Made by a program: the position numbers and the translations under genes. From the NCBI GenBank assembly GCA_963792965.1, contig CAWBYW010000009.1, forward strand, positions 64,001 to 128,000: a DNA stretch of 64,000 nucleotides, written 5' to 3'. Positions 1 through 10,147 of the stretch are shown here, piece after piece (the stretch's first letter is position 1; every line of letters starts with the position of its first letter). Source of the stretch: an uncultured delta proteobacterium (GTDB taxonomy: Bacteria > Desulfobacterota > Zymogenia > Zymogenales > Zymogenaceae). The notes under the pieces were generated by a model. That model worked only from the letters and a program-made list of their open reading frames with translations, was not told the origin of the DNA and made no database searches.

Positions 1-250
1 GCGAAAATCTGTCGGCAACGGCCCCACCGAATATCATGAAGAGCGCCCGCGGGATTGCCGCCGTCGCCAACACGGAGCCGAGGACAAGACCGGAGCCGGT
101 GATCTTGAGAGCGAGCCAGGTGAGTGCGATGAAGTAGAACATGCTCCCGATGAGCGAGGCCGCATACCCAAGCGATAGCCAGCGAAAGGTGGGAAACCCG
201 AGCGGGGTCAGCAAGCCCCTTGTCATGGAGAGTGACGCGGAGTCCACCAT
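1..250 (-). CDS. MFS transporter, N-terminal part (runs off window start)
   Basis: Manual translation of the minus strand: MVDSASLSMTRGLLTPLGFPTFRWLSLGYAASLIGSMFYFIALTWLALKITGSGLVLGSVLATAAIPRALFMIFGGAVADRFS. Contains MFS motif A (GxxADRF); GAGG upstream of the ATG at 250. Absent from the ORF track because it is truncated. Confidence 0.85.
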   Translation of the reverse strand, partial: MVDSASLSMTRGLLTPLGFPTFRWLSLGYAASLIGSMFYFIALTWLALKITGSGLVLGSVLATAAIPRALFMIFGGAVADRFS

Positions 251-444
251 CCTTACCTCACCCCTCGGCGCTCGCCGGAAGGATAGTCAAAACAAGACGA
301 TTGCCGCCTGGAGGAACGTCCGGTTGTTTCCTGTTTCCGGCAGCGGGCAGCGGCAAGGCCCGTCGGACCTCTAATGCCGCCTCTGGGCCTCAGGGAGAAC
401 GAGCGCCCCGGGCCTTGAGCATCATAGGGACGGCAGAGGTCCCC

Positions 445-2046
445 TCACGTAGACTTCTTGGTAAACGAGGTGACGATGATGTCTTCCTGCGGCTTGGGCG
501 CCTCCTCCTTCGTGGCGAAGGTGGGCTCATACTTCTCCGGCTTGCTGGCCAGCACGGCCCGGTTGAATGCCCAGCTCTTGATCCGCTTGATCTGTTCCTT
601 CATGGTCTTGGACAGCGGCACCATACGGCCGATGCCCCTCATGAGGTCGTCCATGGTAAGAGCACGCTTATCGTTGAAGGCGTCAAAGAGAGCCGCCAGG
701 ACGCACTGCTCAATCTCCGCGCCGTTGTATCCCTCGGTGGCCTTGGCCAGGTCCAGGAGGTTGAAGCTGTTGGGATCCTGGTTTCTCTTCTTGAGGTGGA
801 CGGCAAATACCTGCTTGCGCTCCGTGACGCCCGGCAGGTCAACGAAGAAGATCTCGTCGAAACGGCCTTTTCTGAGGATCTCCGGGGGGAGCATATCGAT
901 CTCATTTGCGGTGGCCGCCACGAAGACGTTTCCCTGCTTCTCCTGCATCCAGGTCAGGAACATGGCGAAGATCCTGCCGACGATGAGGTCCCGCTTCTCG
1001 CCGCCGTACGAACCGATCCCCTTCTCCACCTCGTCGATCCAGAGGACGCAGGGGCTCATGGCCTCGACGGTCTTGAGGGCGGCGTGCAGCGTCTCCTCCG
1101 GGGAGCCCATCACGCCGCTATAGACCCGGTTCATGTCCAGGCGCACCAGCGGCAGGTTCCAGTAGGAGGAGATGGCCTGGACGGTGACGCTCTTGCCGCA
1201 CCCCGAGATCCCGGTCATGAGGACACCCTTCGGGGGGGAAAGCCCGTATTTCTTGGCCTCGGGCGAGAAGCTCTTGGTCCGCGCCTCGAGCCACGCCTTC
1301 AGGTTTTCCAGTCCTCCGATTTCCTGTATGCTCGGTTTTTTTGCGATGAACTCGAGGATGCCGCTCTTGCGGATGAGCTGCTGTTTCTCCTCCAGGACGA
1401 TCTCGAGCGCGGAGATATCGAGGACCTGGCGGCCGAGCATCGCCTTGGTGAGGGCGTTCTTGGCCTCGTCCATCGTAAGGCCCGTGACCGCCTGAATGAG
1501 CGTTTCCTTCTGTGCCTCCGTCAGGTTTACCTTCATCCCCTTCGTCTTGACGAACGATTCGAGGATCGAATTGAAAAGGACGACCAGCTCCTCCGGAGAG
1601 GGGAGCTCCAGGTCGACGACCGACATCTCCTTATTGAGCTCAAACGGCATCGAGAGGACCGGCGCCACGATGAATATCGTCTTGTACGAGCCGCTCAGCG
1701 CGTCGTAGCTGTCGCGGAGCTTCCGGGTGAGAATCGGATTATGTTCCATATCCCGGTGGAGGTCTTTGAAAAGAAAGAGCGCGTTTTCCGCGACGCCCAT
1801 CACCTTGTCGAGGGCCGCGATGGGGTCCTTGGTCCCCTCGATCGATTTTCCGCCGAGCGTCAACCCCGTGGTGGATTCCCAGATGAAAAACTTGACGGGA
1901 TTTGAAAACATCGTCTTCGCCAGCTTGTCCAGGAGTTTTTCGAGCCGGTCTTCCTCCCACGTCACCACGTAGATAAGGGACTGCCGCGCCGAAATGAGCC
2001 TCCTGATGGTATCGAGGCTCTTGCCTCGTTCGCGTGTTACCTCCAT
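445..2046 (-). CDS. AAA+ ATPase, Ycf46/SpoVK-like (degenerate N-terminal AAA plus active C-terminal AAA)
   Basis: 533 aa; Walker A GISGCGKS, Walker B VLWIDEVEK, second region of homology PPEILRKGRFDE; N-terminal IYVVTWEEDR and FKDLH motifs are typical of the Ycf46 family. Confidence 0.85.
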   Translation of the reverse strand: MEVTRERGKSLDTIRRLISARQSLIYVVTWEEDRLEKLLDKLAKTMFSNPVKFFIWESTTGLTLGGKSIEGTKDPIAALDKVMGVAENALFLFKDLHRDMEHNPILTRKLRDSYDALSGSYKTIFIVAPVLSMPFELNKEMSVVDLELPSPEELVVLFNSILESFVKTKGMKVNLTEAQKETLIQAVTGLTMDEAKNALTKAMLGRQVLDISALEIVLEEKQQLIRKSGILEFIAKKPSIQEIGGLENLKAWLEARTKSFSPEAKKYGLSPPKGVLMTGISGCGKSVTVQAISSYWNLPLVRLDMNRVYSGVMGSPEETLHAALKTVEAMSPCVLWIDEVEKGIGSYGGEKRDLIVGRIFAMFLTWMQEKQGNVFVAATANEIDMLPPEILRKGRFDEIFFVDLPGVTERKQVFAVHLKKRNQDPNSFNLLDLAKATEGYNGAEIEQCVLAALFDAFNDKRALTMDDLMRGIGRMVPLSKTMKEQIKRIKSWAFNRAVLASKPEKYEPTFATKEEAPKPQEDIIVTSFTKKST

Positions 2047-2064
2047 ATCTCCCCGTTCCTGCCG

Positions 2065-2673
2065 TTAATGAACAAGTTTTATCGCCTGCATCAGGTCCTC
2101 GGCGATCATCTCTCGCTTGCTCTTCTCGATCAGGTAGTTTGTGCCGGTCTGCAGATACGACGGAAAGAACCTCTTATCGTCAAGGTAGAACTGATGCTTC
2201 CGTATCTTATAGGTCGAGCCCACCGGGATGACCTTCTTCCCATCGCGGCGTTTCGTTATGTAGTTCATCGACTTGATGGCCACATCCCCCATCAACAGGA
2301 AGACCGACGCTGAGGGAAAGAGCGCTATTTCCTTTTCTAAGAGATATGAGCACGTCTTTATCGTGTCGGTGGCGATCGAGTAGCGCGTCTTTGCGCACTT
2401 GACCGCCGTGGTCATATAGACGCCCCGGGCAACGATATCCGCCATATCCGAGACGTCAGCCCCCGCATCGTGAAACGCCTGGAGCGTCGTCTTCAGATGG
2501 AAGGGCTCTCCCGACGAGTAGAAATAGTCCTTCGGGTCCGTCGGGGGCGCTTCAGATATCATGACGATTTTTATCTTCCCGGGATCGATTTCCACCGACG
2601 GCGCCGCGTGCGCGTCCTTGTCTACACCCAGGCAGGGGAAACCTTTGCAGCGTATGATGTCGGAAGGTTTCAT
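2065..2673 (-). CDS. Uracil-DNA glycosylase superfamily protein
   Basis: IVMISEAPP motif, TTAVKC and LLMGDVA, matching the UDG-like fold motifs. Confidence 0.75.
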   Translation of the reverse strand: MKPSDIIRCKGFPCLGVDKDAHAAPSVEIDPGKIKIVMISEAPPTDPKDYFYSSGEPFHLKTTLQAFHDAGADVSDMADIVARGVYMTTAVKCAKTRYSIATDTIKTCSYLLEKEIALFPSASVFLLMGDVAIKSMNYITKRRDGKKVIPVGSTYKIRKHQFYLDDKRFFPSYLQTGTNYLIEKSKREMIAEDLMQAIKLVH

Positions 2674-2827
2674 TTCAACAGCTGTCGCCAGCCCTCATAA
2701 CCGTCGACCTCTTTTGGGCCATATCATCTCACATCAACAGCGTGGTTGTCAAGGTTTAAAAGGATTGACGATTTCGGTCCCGTTTGATACATTGGTTATA
2801 TTCAATCCCATTCTCATGGGGGACTCC

Positions 2828-5495
2828 ATGGCAAAAAGAAAGAAGGTCGCGCTTATCGACGGCAGCTCTTACATCTACCGGGCCTTCTACGCCGTCAGGG
2901 GGCTTGCCAACTCGAAGGGTTTCCCGACCGGCGCCGTCTACGGCTTTGTCGGAATGCTCAGAAAGGTGATCAACGATATCGGCCCGGACTACGTCGTGGT
3001 CGCCTACGACGCCAAGGGGCCGACATTTCGCCATGAGGTCTACCCGCAGTACAAGGCCAACCGGCCCGAGATGCCTGACGATCTCAAACCACAGATCAAG
3101 AAGATCAAGGAGCTGGTGGCCGCTTACAATATCGAGAGCCTCGAGGTGGGGGGGTATGAGGCCGACGACATCATCGCCGAAATCGCGAAGAGACTCCCCC
3201 CCGATCTGGACGTTATCATCGTCACGGGTGACAAGGACATGGCCCAGCTCGTCTCGGACCGGGTTACCCTCCTGGATACCATGAAGGACAAGGTCACGGA
3301 TCTGTCCGCCGTCAGGGAGAAATTCGGCACCGACCCCGCGGGGCTTGCGGAGATCTACGGGCTCGCCGGCGATTCGTCGGACAACATCCCCGGGGTGCCG
3401 GGGATCGGCGAGAAGGGAGCCGTTGAGCTGATCAAAAAGTACGGGACAATCGACGAGCTCCTCAGGCACAAGGACGATCTCACCGGGAAGAGACGCGAGC
3501 TCCTCGAGAAATACGGCGACCAGGCCCTCCTCTCAAAACGGCTCTTCATCCTCGATCACGCGGTGCCTGTCGATGTGAACCTTGACTCGATGAGACTTGC
3601 CCCTCCCGATATCGAAAAGCTGAAAGAACTCTTCTCAGACCTCGAGTTCCACACCTACCTCAGGGAGCTCGAGCGGCCCGGTGCGGGTATCTCCATCCCC
3701 TGGGAAGCGGTGATGGACGAAGCGGCCCTCGAACGGGTGATCCGCAACGCCGAGAAAGCCCCGATCCTCGCCGTCGACCTCGAGACGACATCGATCGACC
3801 CGATGGACGCAAAGATCGTCGGCGTTTCGCTCTGCTGTGCCGAGGATAAGGCATATTACATTCCGCTCGCACACAATTATCTCGGCGCGCCCGCGCAAAT
3901 CGACAGAGACAAGGCGCTTGAGACCCTACGGCCCCTGTTGACCTCGCGGACCGTCCCGAAAGCGGGTCAGAATATCAAGTACGATTATGTCGTCGCGCGA
4001 AACCATGGGATCGAGATATCCCCGGTGGCGTTCGACACGATGGTTGCCTCCTACGTCATCAACCCTTCCCGCAGGACCCACAACCTGGAGACGATTTCGC
4101 TGGAATACCTGGGCCACCGGCCCATCAGCTACAAGGACGTGGCGGGCACCGGCAAGGCGCAGGTCTCCTTCGACCAGGTCCCCGTGGAGGAGGCCGCCCA
4201 CTATTCCGCCGAAGACGCCTACCTCACCTACCGGCTCGTCCCGATCCTCAAACGGAAGATGGAAGAGCTCTCGCTCGTCCGCCTCTTCAGGGATATCGAG
4301 GTCCCCCTGATACTCGTCCTTGCCGACATGGAGATGACGGGCGTGCTGATCGACAAGGCGGCGCTTGCCGAGATTTCGGGAGAATTCGCCAAGAAGATCG
4401 TCGGGCTCGAGGAAAAGATCACGGACGAGGCGGGCGAGCGCTTCAATATCAACTCGACCCAGCAGCTCTCCCGCATCCTCTTCGAGAAGCTGAAGCTCGG
4501 CGCCGGCCGAAAAACAAAGACCGGCCTTTCCACCGACAGCGACGTGCTGGCATCCCTTGCGTCGGCACATCCCATCGTCCCGGACATCCTCGAGTATCGG
4601 ACGCTTTCCAAGCTGAAATCGACCTACGTTGACGCCCTGCCCAAGCTGATCAACCCGCGCACCGGTCGCATCCATACGTCCTTCAACCAGACCGTCGCCG
4701 CGACGGGGAGGCTCTCCTCGTCTGACCCCAACCTCCAGAACATCCCGATCCGCACCCCCGAGGGGAGGAGGATCCGGGCGGCCTTCATCCCGCGGGAGGG
4801 GTGCGTGCTGGTGAGCGCGGACTATTCCCAGATCGAGCTGAGGTTGCTCGCCCATTTCTGCGGCGATCCTGCCCTGACCCAGACATTCTTCAGGGACGAG
4901 GATATCCATGCCTCAACCGCGGCGACGATATTTTCGGTGGATCAGAAAGACGTCACGACCGAAATGAGGCGCAAGGCCAAGACCATCAATTTCGGGATTA
5001 TCTACGGCATCTCTCCCCACGGCCTGGCCCGGGAGCTCTCCATCCCCCACATCGAGGCCAAGGAGTTCATCGATACCTATTTCGCCAGGTTCTCCCGTGT
5101 CAAGCAGTACCTCGACGATGTCATGGCACAGGCCGAGAAGGACGGCTACGTCACCACGATCATGGATCGCCGCCGCTACCTCCCTGAGCTCAAGAGCTCG
5201 GACCGGAACGTGAAGGCATTCGCCCAGCGGATGGCCGTCAACACCCCGATCCAGGGGAGCGCCGCGGACCTGATCAAGATGACGATGATCAACTTGTTCA
5301 GACAGGATCAAGAATGAGCGCCTCGCGACGAAGATGATCCTGCAGGTGCACGATGAGCTCGTCTTCGAGACGCCGAAAGATGAGGAAGAGCGCGTCTGCG
5401 CTCTCGTGAAGGAGGAGATGGAGGGGGTCATGAAGCTCTCGGTGCCGCTGAGGGTCGATATCGACAGCGGGAAGAACTGGGCCGAGGCGCATTGA
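2828..5495 (+). CDS. polA: DNA polymerase I (one frameshift near 5300)
   Basis: 5'-3' exonuclease (LIDGSSYIYRAFYA), 3'-5' exonuclease (DLETT), polymerase motifs DYSQIELR, KTINFGIIYG and NTPIQGSAAD. The C-terminal MILQVHDELVFE...GKNWAEAH continues in another frame to TGA at 5495. Confidence 0.95.
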
Positions 5496-5577
5496 GGCGC
5501 GCCGGGAGCGCGATGTTTACCCGGCGGCGGTACACATGCCGCCGCACATGACAGCCAATAATAAAAATGAACGGGTA

Positions 5578-6222
5578 ATGAAGACCATGCCCACCGAACT
5601 CTCCGTCACCATCCCCTCCGGCGATGTGACGCTGGAGGGGGCGCTCGCCGCGGCCTTACCCGGAGCGCCCGCCGTCGTCATCTGCCACCCCCACCCGGAC
5701 TACGGCGGCAGCATGGAAAACAACGTCGTCTACGCCGTCCGGGACACGGCTATATCCCTCGGGCTGGCGGTGTTACGCTTCAACTTCCGGGGCGTGGGCG
5801 ACAGCGGCGGCCACTCCACCGGAGAGCTGATGGACGCCCGTGACGTGGGCGCGGCGGTCGACTTCATCGCGAGCCATAAGGATCTCACCCCAAAGGCGAT
5901 TTACCTCGTCGGATACTCCTACGGGGCCTGGGTGGGGATTTTTCATGCGGTATCCGACGAGCGGATTTCGGCCTGGGCCGCGATATCCCCGCCGACGGGG
6001 CTCCTGGACTTCTCCTATCTCGTGGGCAGCCCCGTGCCCAAGCTGATCGTTACCGGCGACGCGGACTACTTTGTATCCATGGAAGAGCTCAAGAAGATCT
6101 ATGACCGCCTCGCCGAGCCGAAGCGGTTTGCCACCATCAAGGGGGCCGACCACTTCTACTGGGGTCACGAGAACCTTCTCAAAAAGGAAGTGGGATCGTT
6201 CTTGCGAGAAGCGACCGCGTAG
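5578..6222 (+). CDS. Alpha/beta hydrolase
   Basis: CHPHPDYGGSM, RFNFRGVG, nucleophile elbow GYSYG and GADHF. Confidence 0.9.
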   Translation: MKTMPTELSVTIPSGDVTLEGALAAALPGAPAVVICHPHPDYGGSMENNVVYAVRDTAISLGLAVLRFNFRGVGDSGGHSTGELMDARDVGAAVDFIASHKDLTPKAIYLVGYSYGAWVGIFHAVSDERISAWAAISPPTGLLDFSYLVGSPVPKLIVTGDADYFVSMEELKKIYDRLAEPKRFATIKGADHFYWGHENLLKKEVGSFLREATA

Positions 6223-6250
6223 CATCCCGGCATGACATCGAGAGAAAATC

Positions 6251-6835
6251 ATGCGAGAATCGTCGAATATCGGCATCGTAGTCTATGACGGCGTGGAGCC
6301 GGCCGACTACGTCAACCCGATGGCCATCCTCGAAAAGACGAACGACTACATAGACAACAAGAATACCATCCGGCTCCTTTCGAGGGACGGATCGCCGGTG
6401 CATGCGTCCAATCGCACCATCGTCGGGCCGGCGATATCGTTCCGTGAGGCCGGCGCCTTTCCCGTTCTCATCGTCCCCGGAGGCGAAGGGGTATTTGGCG
6501 CGATAGCGGACCCCGAGATCGTTGGCTTTATCAAGCACAGCTACGAGAGCCCTGAGCTCCAGCATATACTATCCGTCTGCAGCGGGTCATACCTGTTGGC
6601 CGAGGCCGGGATCCTCCGCTGCAAAGAGGCGACGGTGACCGAGAGGCTCAAGGATGATTTTCGGAAGAGATATCCCAACGTTACCGTCCTCGATCGCACA
6701 CCGGTCATGGCGGACGGCGGCAGGATCATAACCTCGGGCCAGATATTCAAGGGCATCGAGGCGACCTATTGGCTCGTCGAGAAGTTGTATGGAGGCCGTG
6801 TCCTCGCCCTTATACGAGAGAGACTTGGATATTAG
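6251..6835 (+). CDS. DJ-1/PfpI family protein
   Basis: LIVPGG and SVCSGSYLLAEAGIL with the conserved Cys; IITSG. Confidence 0.85.
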   Translation: MRESSNIGIVVYDGVEPADYVNPMAILEKTNDYIDNKNTIRLLSRDGSPVHASNRTIVGPAISFREAGAFPVLIVPGGEGVFGAIADPEIVGFIKHSYESPELQHILSVCSGSYLLAEAGILRCKEATVTERLKDDFRKRYPNVTVLDRTPVMADGGRIITSGQIFKGIEATYWLVEKLYGGRVLALIRERLGY

Positions 6836-7178
6836 GCCGTGACGTTTCTCGCTACGCCTAGCCTTGCACAGGGTTTCTGTGACGACTCCTTTCACGACCC
6901 ACGTTTCCACTAACAACACAGATGTCATATCGACTCCACGCGTCCGAACCTCACCTGTACGGAAGCCGTAAGCCGACACGCCCGAGAAATAGATAGACCC
7001 GCGTAGGCATTCCTGAAAGGAAATAGCGTAATAGTTAAAATACTAATAATTTATCACTTTACTTCCCCGCTGAAAGGGGATATAAGATTCCCTTGCTGAC
7101 GCGGCGCCTGGGACGATAACGTACCGGATTTCTCACCCAAGGACACCAATACCTAACCCGAGCACAATTCATAGAGAC

Positions 7179-8958
7179 ATGAACACGACCAACCCCCTCG
7201 ACACCCCCAAATCCTTATCGAACGCCTACCTCTGGCTTGTCGTCATCATGCTGTTCGTGATGACGCCCTACTTCCTCGGCCTCGGCATGGCCGACGTTCG
7301 AGACATGGACGAATCGGCCTACGGCGAGATCGGGCGGGAGATGCTCCAGTCGGGGAATTTCGTGGATCCTACCTGGAACTATGTCCCCTTCTATGAGCAT
7401 CCGCCCCTCATGCTCTGGCTCATCGCCATTTCCATCAAGCTCTTCGGGACAAACGCCTATGCCGTAAGACTGCCCGGCGCGCTGCTGGCCGTCGTCGGGG
7501 TGGCTCTGACCTACCTCCTCGGCAAGATGGTTTACGGTAAGAGGACCGCGATCGCCGCGGCGATGGCGCTGCCCGCCGTCCCCTTTTATAACCTGATGAT
7601 CGTGGACGCACGGCTTGACATCGGTCTGTTGGTCTTTATGACCCTCACATTCTACTGCCTCATCGCCTTTCTCAAGAAGAGGAGTATCCTCTATCTGGTC
7701 GTCGCCTATATCGCGTGCGGGCTCAGTTTTCTCACAAAGGGACCCATCGGGGTCGCGGTGCCGTGCCTCGTCGTCGCGGCATTATATCATCGTCACCCGG
7801 CAGTGGCGGCTCATCAGGGAGCTGCGCCCGATTCTCGGCCTGTTTATCGTCGCGGCCACGGTCGTTCCCTGGTATCTGTTCATGTACGACCACCACGGCT
7901 GGGAATTTATTCAGAACCTCGTTATACGACAGAACTTCGAGCGTTTCTTCGGCGGAGGCAATTTCCAGCTGGAGGATCCGTCTTTTTATTTCCACACCTT
8001 CCTCTGGATGTTCCTCCCCTGGGTCGTTCCGCTCGGCTGGATGTTGATAAAGAAGATCCGCCGCTCGCATCCGGTCCGGCGGTTCCTCCAGCGGACGGAT
8101 AGTTCCGATAAGGAAGGCGATACCGCGCCGATCATGGTGGTCCTCTGGTTCGTCCTGCCGATCCTGTTGATGTCTCTCGGCGATACGAAGCAGGATCGCT
8201 ACATCTTCTTTGTCTTCCCCGCCGCCGCCCTCATTGCCGGGCAGTTTATCGCCGACTACCTTGACGGCGCCCTCTCTGAGCGGGAGACAAAGGGATACGG
8301 GATCTTTAATATCGTCCTTACGTCACTGCTCGCCGTTGCCCTCCTTTGGATGACGCTTTTCTTTTTCCCCTTCGATTCGTCAGTAATCTATTTCCTCTTC
8401 GCGGCGGTTGTTCTTTTTGTTTGCGTTCTCTCATTTGTTTCGTACAAGAAGGGCTTCCGGGTGGGCACGATTATATCGATCGCGCTGCTGTTGACGCTTT
8501 ACCACTTCCTCTACACGACCCATATCTCTCCGATGATCATGCAATACCAGCCATTCAGGGGGTTCGCGCAGGATATGAAAACCCTCCACGTTCCCGATGG
8601 CCCCGTATACCTCTATGAAAAGGATTGTGAGATAAAGCAGGCTGACAAGCCGTCTATCAATTTCTACAGTGGCAGGAAGGTCAACATCATATGGGGCCAG
8701 CGGCCCGAGATACCTACGGAGGGGGCGGCTGCCGGTGGGGGCGCCTATATCATCGTCGCTGAAAACCTCGTCCCCCGCCTCAAGGAGGCCGGGTACGACA
8801 TCCGCATTCTATCGATCCGCAAGCACTATGATATCATCACACCGACGAGGCGGGAATTCCTCTTTGCCCGTACCAGGCACGAGACGATAGATCGGTATCT
8901 GTTGGCGTATATAACTCGCGCCAGCGTGGAGCCGACGACCAAAGATTTGACAAAATAG
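7179..8958 (+). CDS. ArnT/PMT (GT39/GT83-like) membrane glycosyltransferase (frameshift near 7785)
   Basis: DESAYGEIGREM, EHPPL, RLPGA and LTKGPIG in ORF 7179-8102; the membrane-protein sequence continues in ORF 7882-8958 (FYFHTFLWMFLPW, KQDRYI). Confidence 0.85.
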
Positions 8959-9001
8959 AAGAGGACTACCCGCCACCGGCTTTCAACGGGTGTGATAACA
9001 A

Positions 9002-9027
9002 AAAACCCTTCATCACTGAAGGGTTTT
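9002..9027. terminator. Probable bidirectional intrinsic terminator
   Basis: AAAACCCTTCA-TCAC-TGAAGGGTTTT perfect inverted repeat between convergent genes. Confidence 0.55.
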
Positions 9028-9103
9028 CTCATGCACGGCATGTACGCCTGCGTTATATCGTATTATCTGCCAGGAGGCGAGAAGACCCCACCGGCGTCGT
9101 CGG

Positions 9104-9979
9104 CTACGGTCTGTGGCCCTCTCTCTTTTTCCGATCCACGATTGTCTTAATAAGGGCGAGCATCGCGATGAGCTTGCCCGCGTCATTTGCCTGCCCCGAG
9201 TGGTTGCCGTCCTCGTCCCGTCCCATGATATCTTCGTAAATCTCCACTACGCGCGGGTTGTCGGGGTCCATCCGAAGGGCCTTGGTGATCTCCTCCTTCG
9301 CCTCGGAAAGCCAGCCCCTATCGGCCATCGAAAGGGCAAGGTATGCCCGGGCCATTGGGTCTTCCGGGTCCACCTGGACGAGGTGAGAAAAAGTGCTCAT
9401 CGCCTCATCGACCATCCCCATATGCCCGTAGCAGATGCCGAGCTGGAACTGCCAGTCGCCGTCGGTGGGGCTGTCCTTAAGGTAGGCCGCGATCTCCTCG
9501 GCCGCCTCCTCGAACATCCCAAGGCTCATCAGACAATAGCCGAGACGGGCGTTAAGGTATGAGTTTTCCGGGTCGTCCGTGAGGATCTTTCGGTAGTGTG
9601 CGGTCGCCTCCGTGAACCGCTCTTCCTTTTCGAGGAAGTGTCCAAAGGAGATCTGCGCGTTGATGCTGTCGGGCTCCACCCGGATGGCCTCGGAGATGAA
9701 CCGGGCCGCAAGGTCGTTCCGCTCCATTGTCAGCGATGCGTCCGAGAGCCCCGACAGGATATCCGCATCCTCGGGACAGAGATCATTGGCGACCGAGTAG
9801 TAGCAGAACGCTTCCTCACCCATCCGGTCGTTAAGGGCACAGCACCCCATGAAGTAGAAGATATCCGGCTCATCAGGATACTTGGTCGACGCCTCCCTGA
9901 GGAGGGCAAGCGCCTCCCGATAGTAGTTGAGATCCATCAACTCCTTGGCTGCTTCCAATACCCTGTCGACATCGTCCAT
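9104..9979 (-). CDS. Tetratricopeptide repeat protein
   Basis: Multiple 34-aa TPR-like repeats (e.g. DPENSYLNARLGYCL, PTDGDWQFQLGICY, DPEDPMARAYLAL). Confidence 0.85.
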   Translation of the reverse strand: MDDVDRVLEAAKELMDLNYYREALALLREASTKYPDEPDIFYFMGCCALNDRMGEEAFCYYSVANDLCPEDADILSGLSDASLTMERNDLAARFISEAIRVEPDSINAQISFGHFLEKEERFTEATAHYRKILTDDPENSYLNARLGYCLMSLGMFEEAAEEIAAYLKDSPTDGDWQFQLGICYGHMGMVDEAMSTFSHLVQVDPEDPMARAYLALSMADRGWLSEAKEEITKALRMDPDNPRVVEIYEDIMGRDEDGNHSGQANDAGKLIAMLALIKTIVDRKKREGHRP

Positions 9980-10147
9980 CTTGTCTGCCCCCTCCGGGCT
10001 CGCACCTAAAAAAAAAGGGTGAAACCACCCTCTCAGTTACTCCAAACTGTTGAAAAGCACCGGAGACAACTCTTGAGTAGAAACGTGTGATTCCTCCTCA
10101 ACCCTTTTATACAGTATACCATATTCCTCAAGAAACACAAGCATATT

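Noticed and set aside
220-1905. Long antisense ORFs (e.g. 220-1905 +, 35027-36355 +, 51767-52966 +, 61229-62311 -)
   Set aside because: Shadow frames opposite well-supported genes in GC-rich DNA, with no recognisable motifs.
5290-5320. Programmed frameshift or pseudogene interpretation of polA and the other split genes
   Set aside because: No consistent slippery site, and too many conserved genes are affected; sequencing error is more parsimonious.
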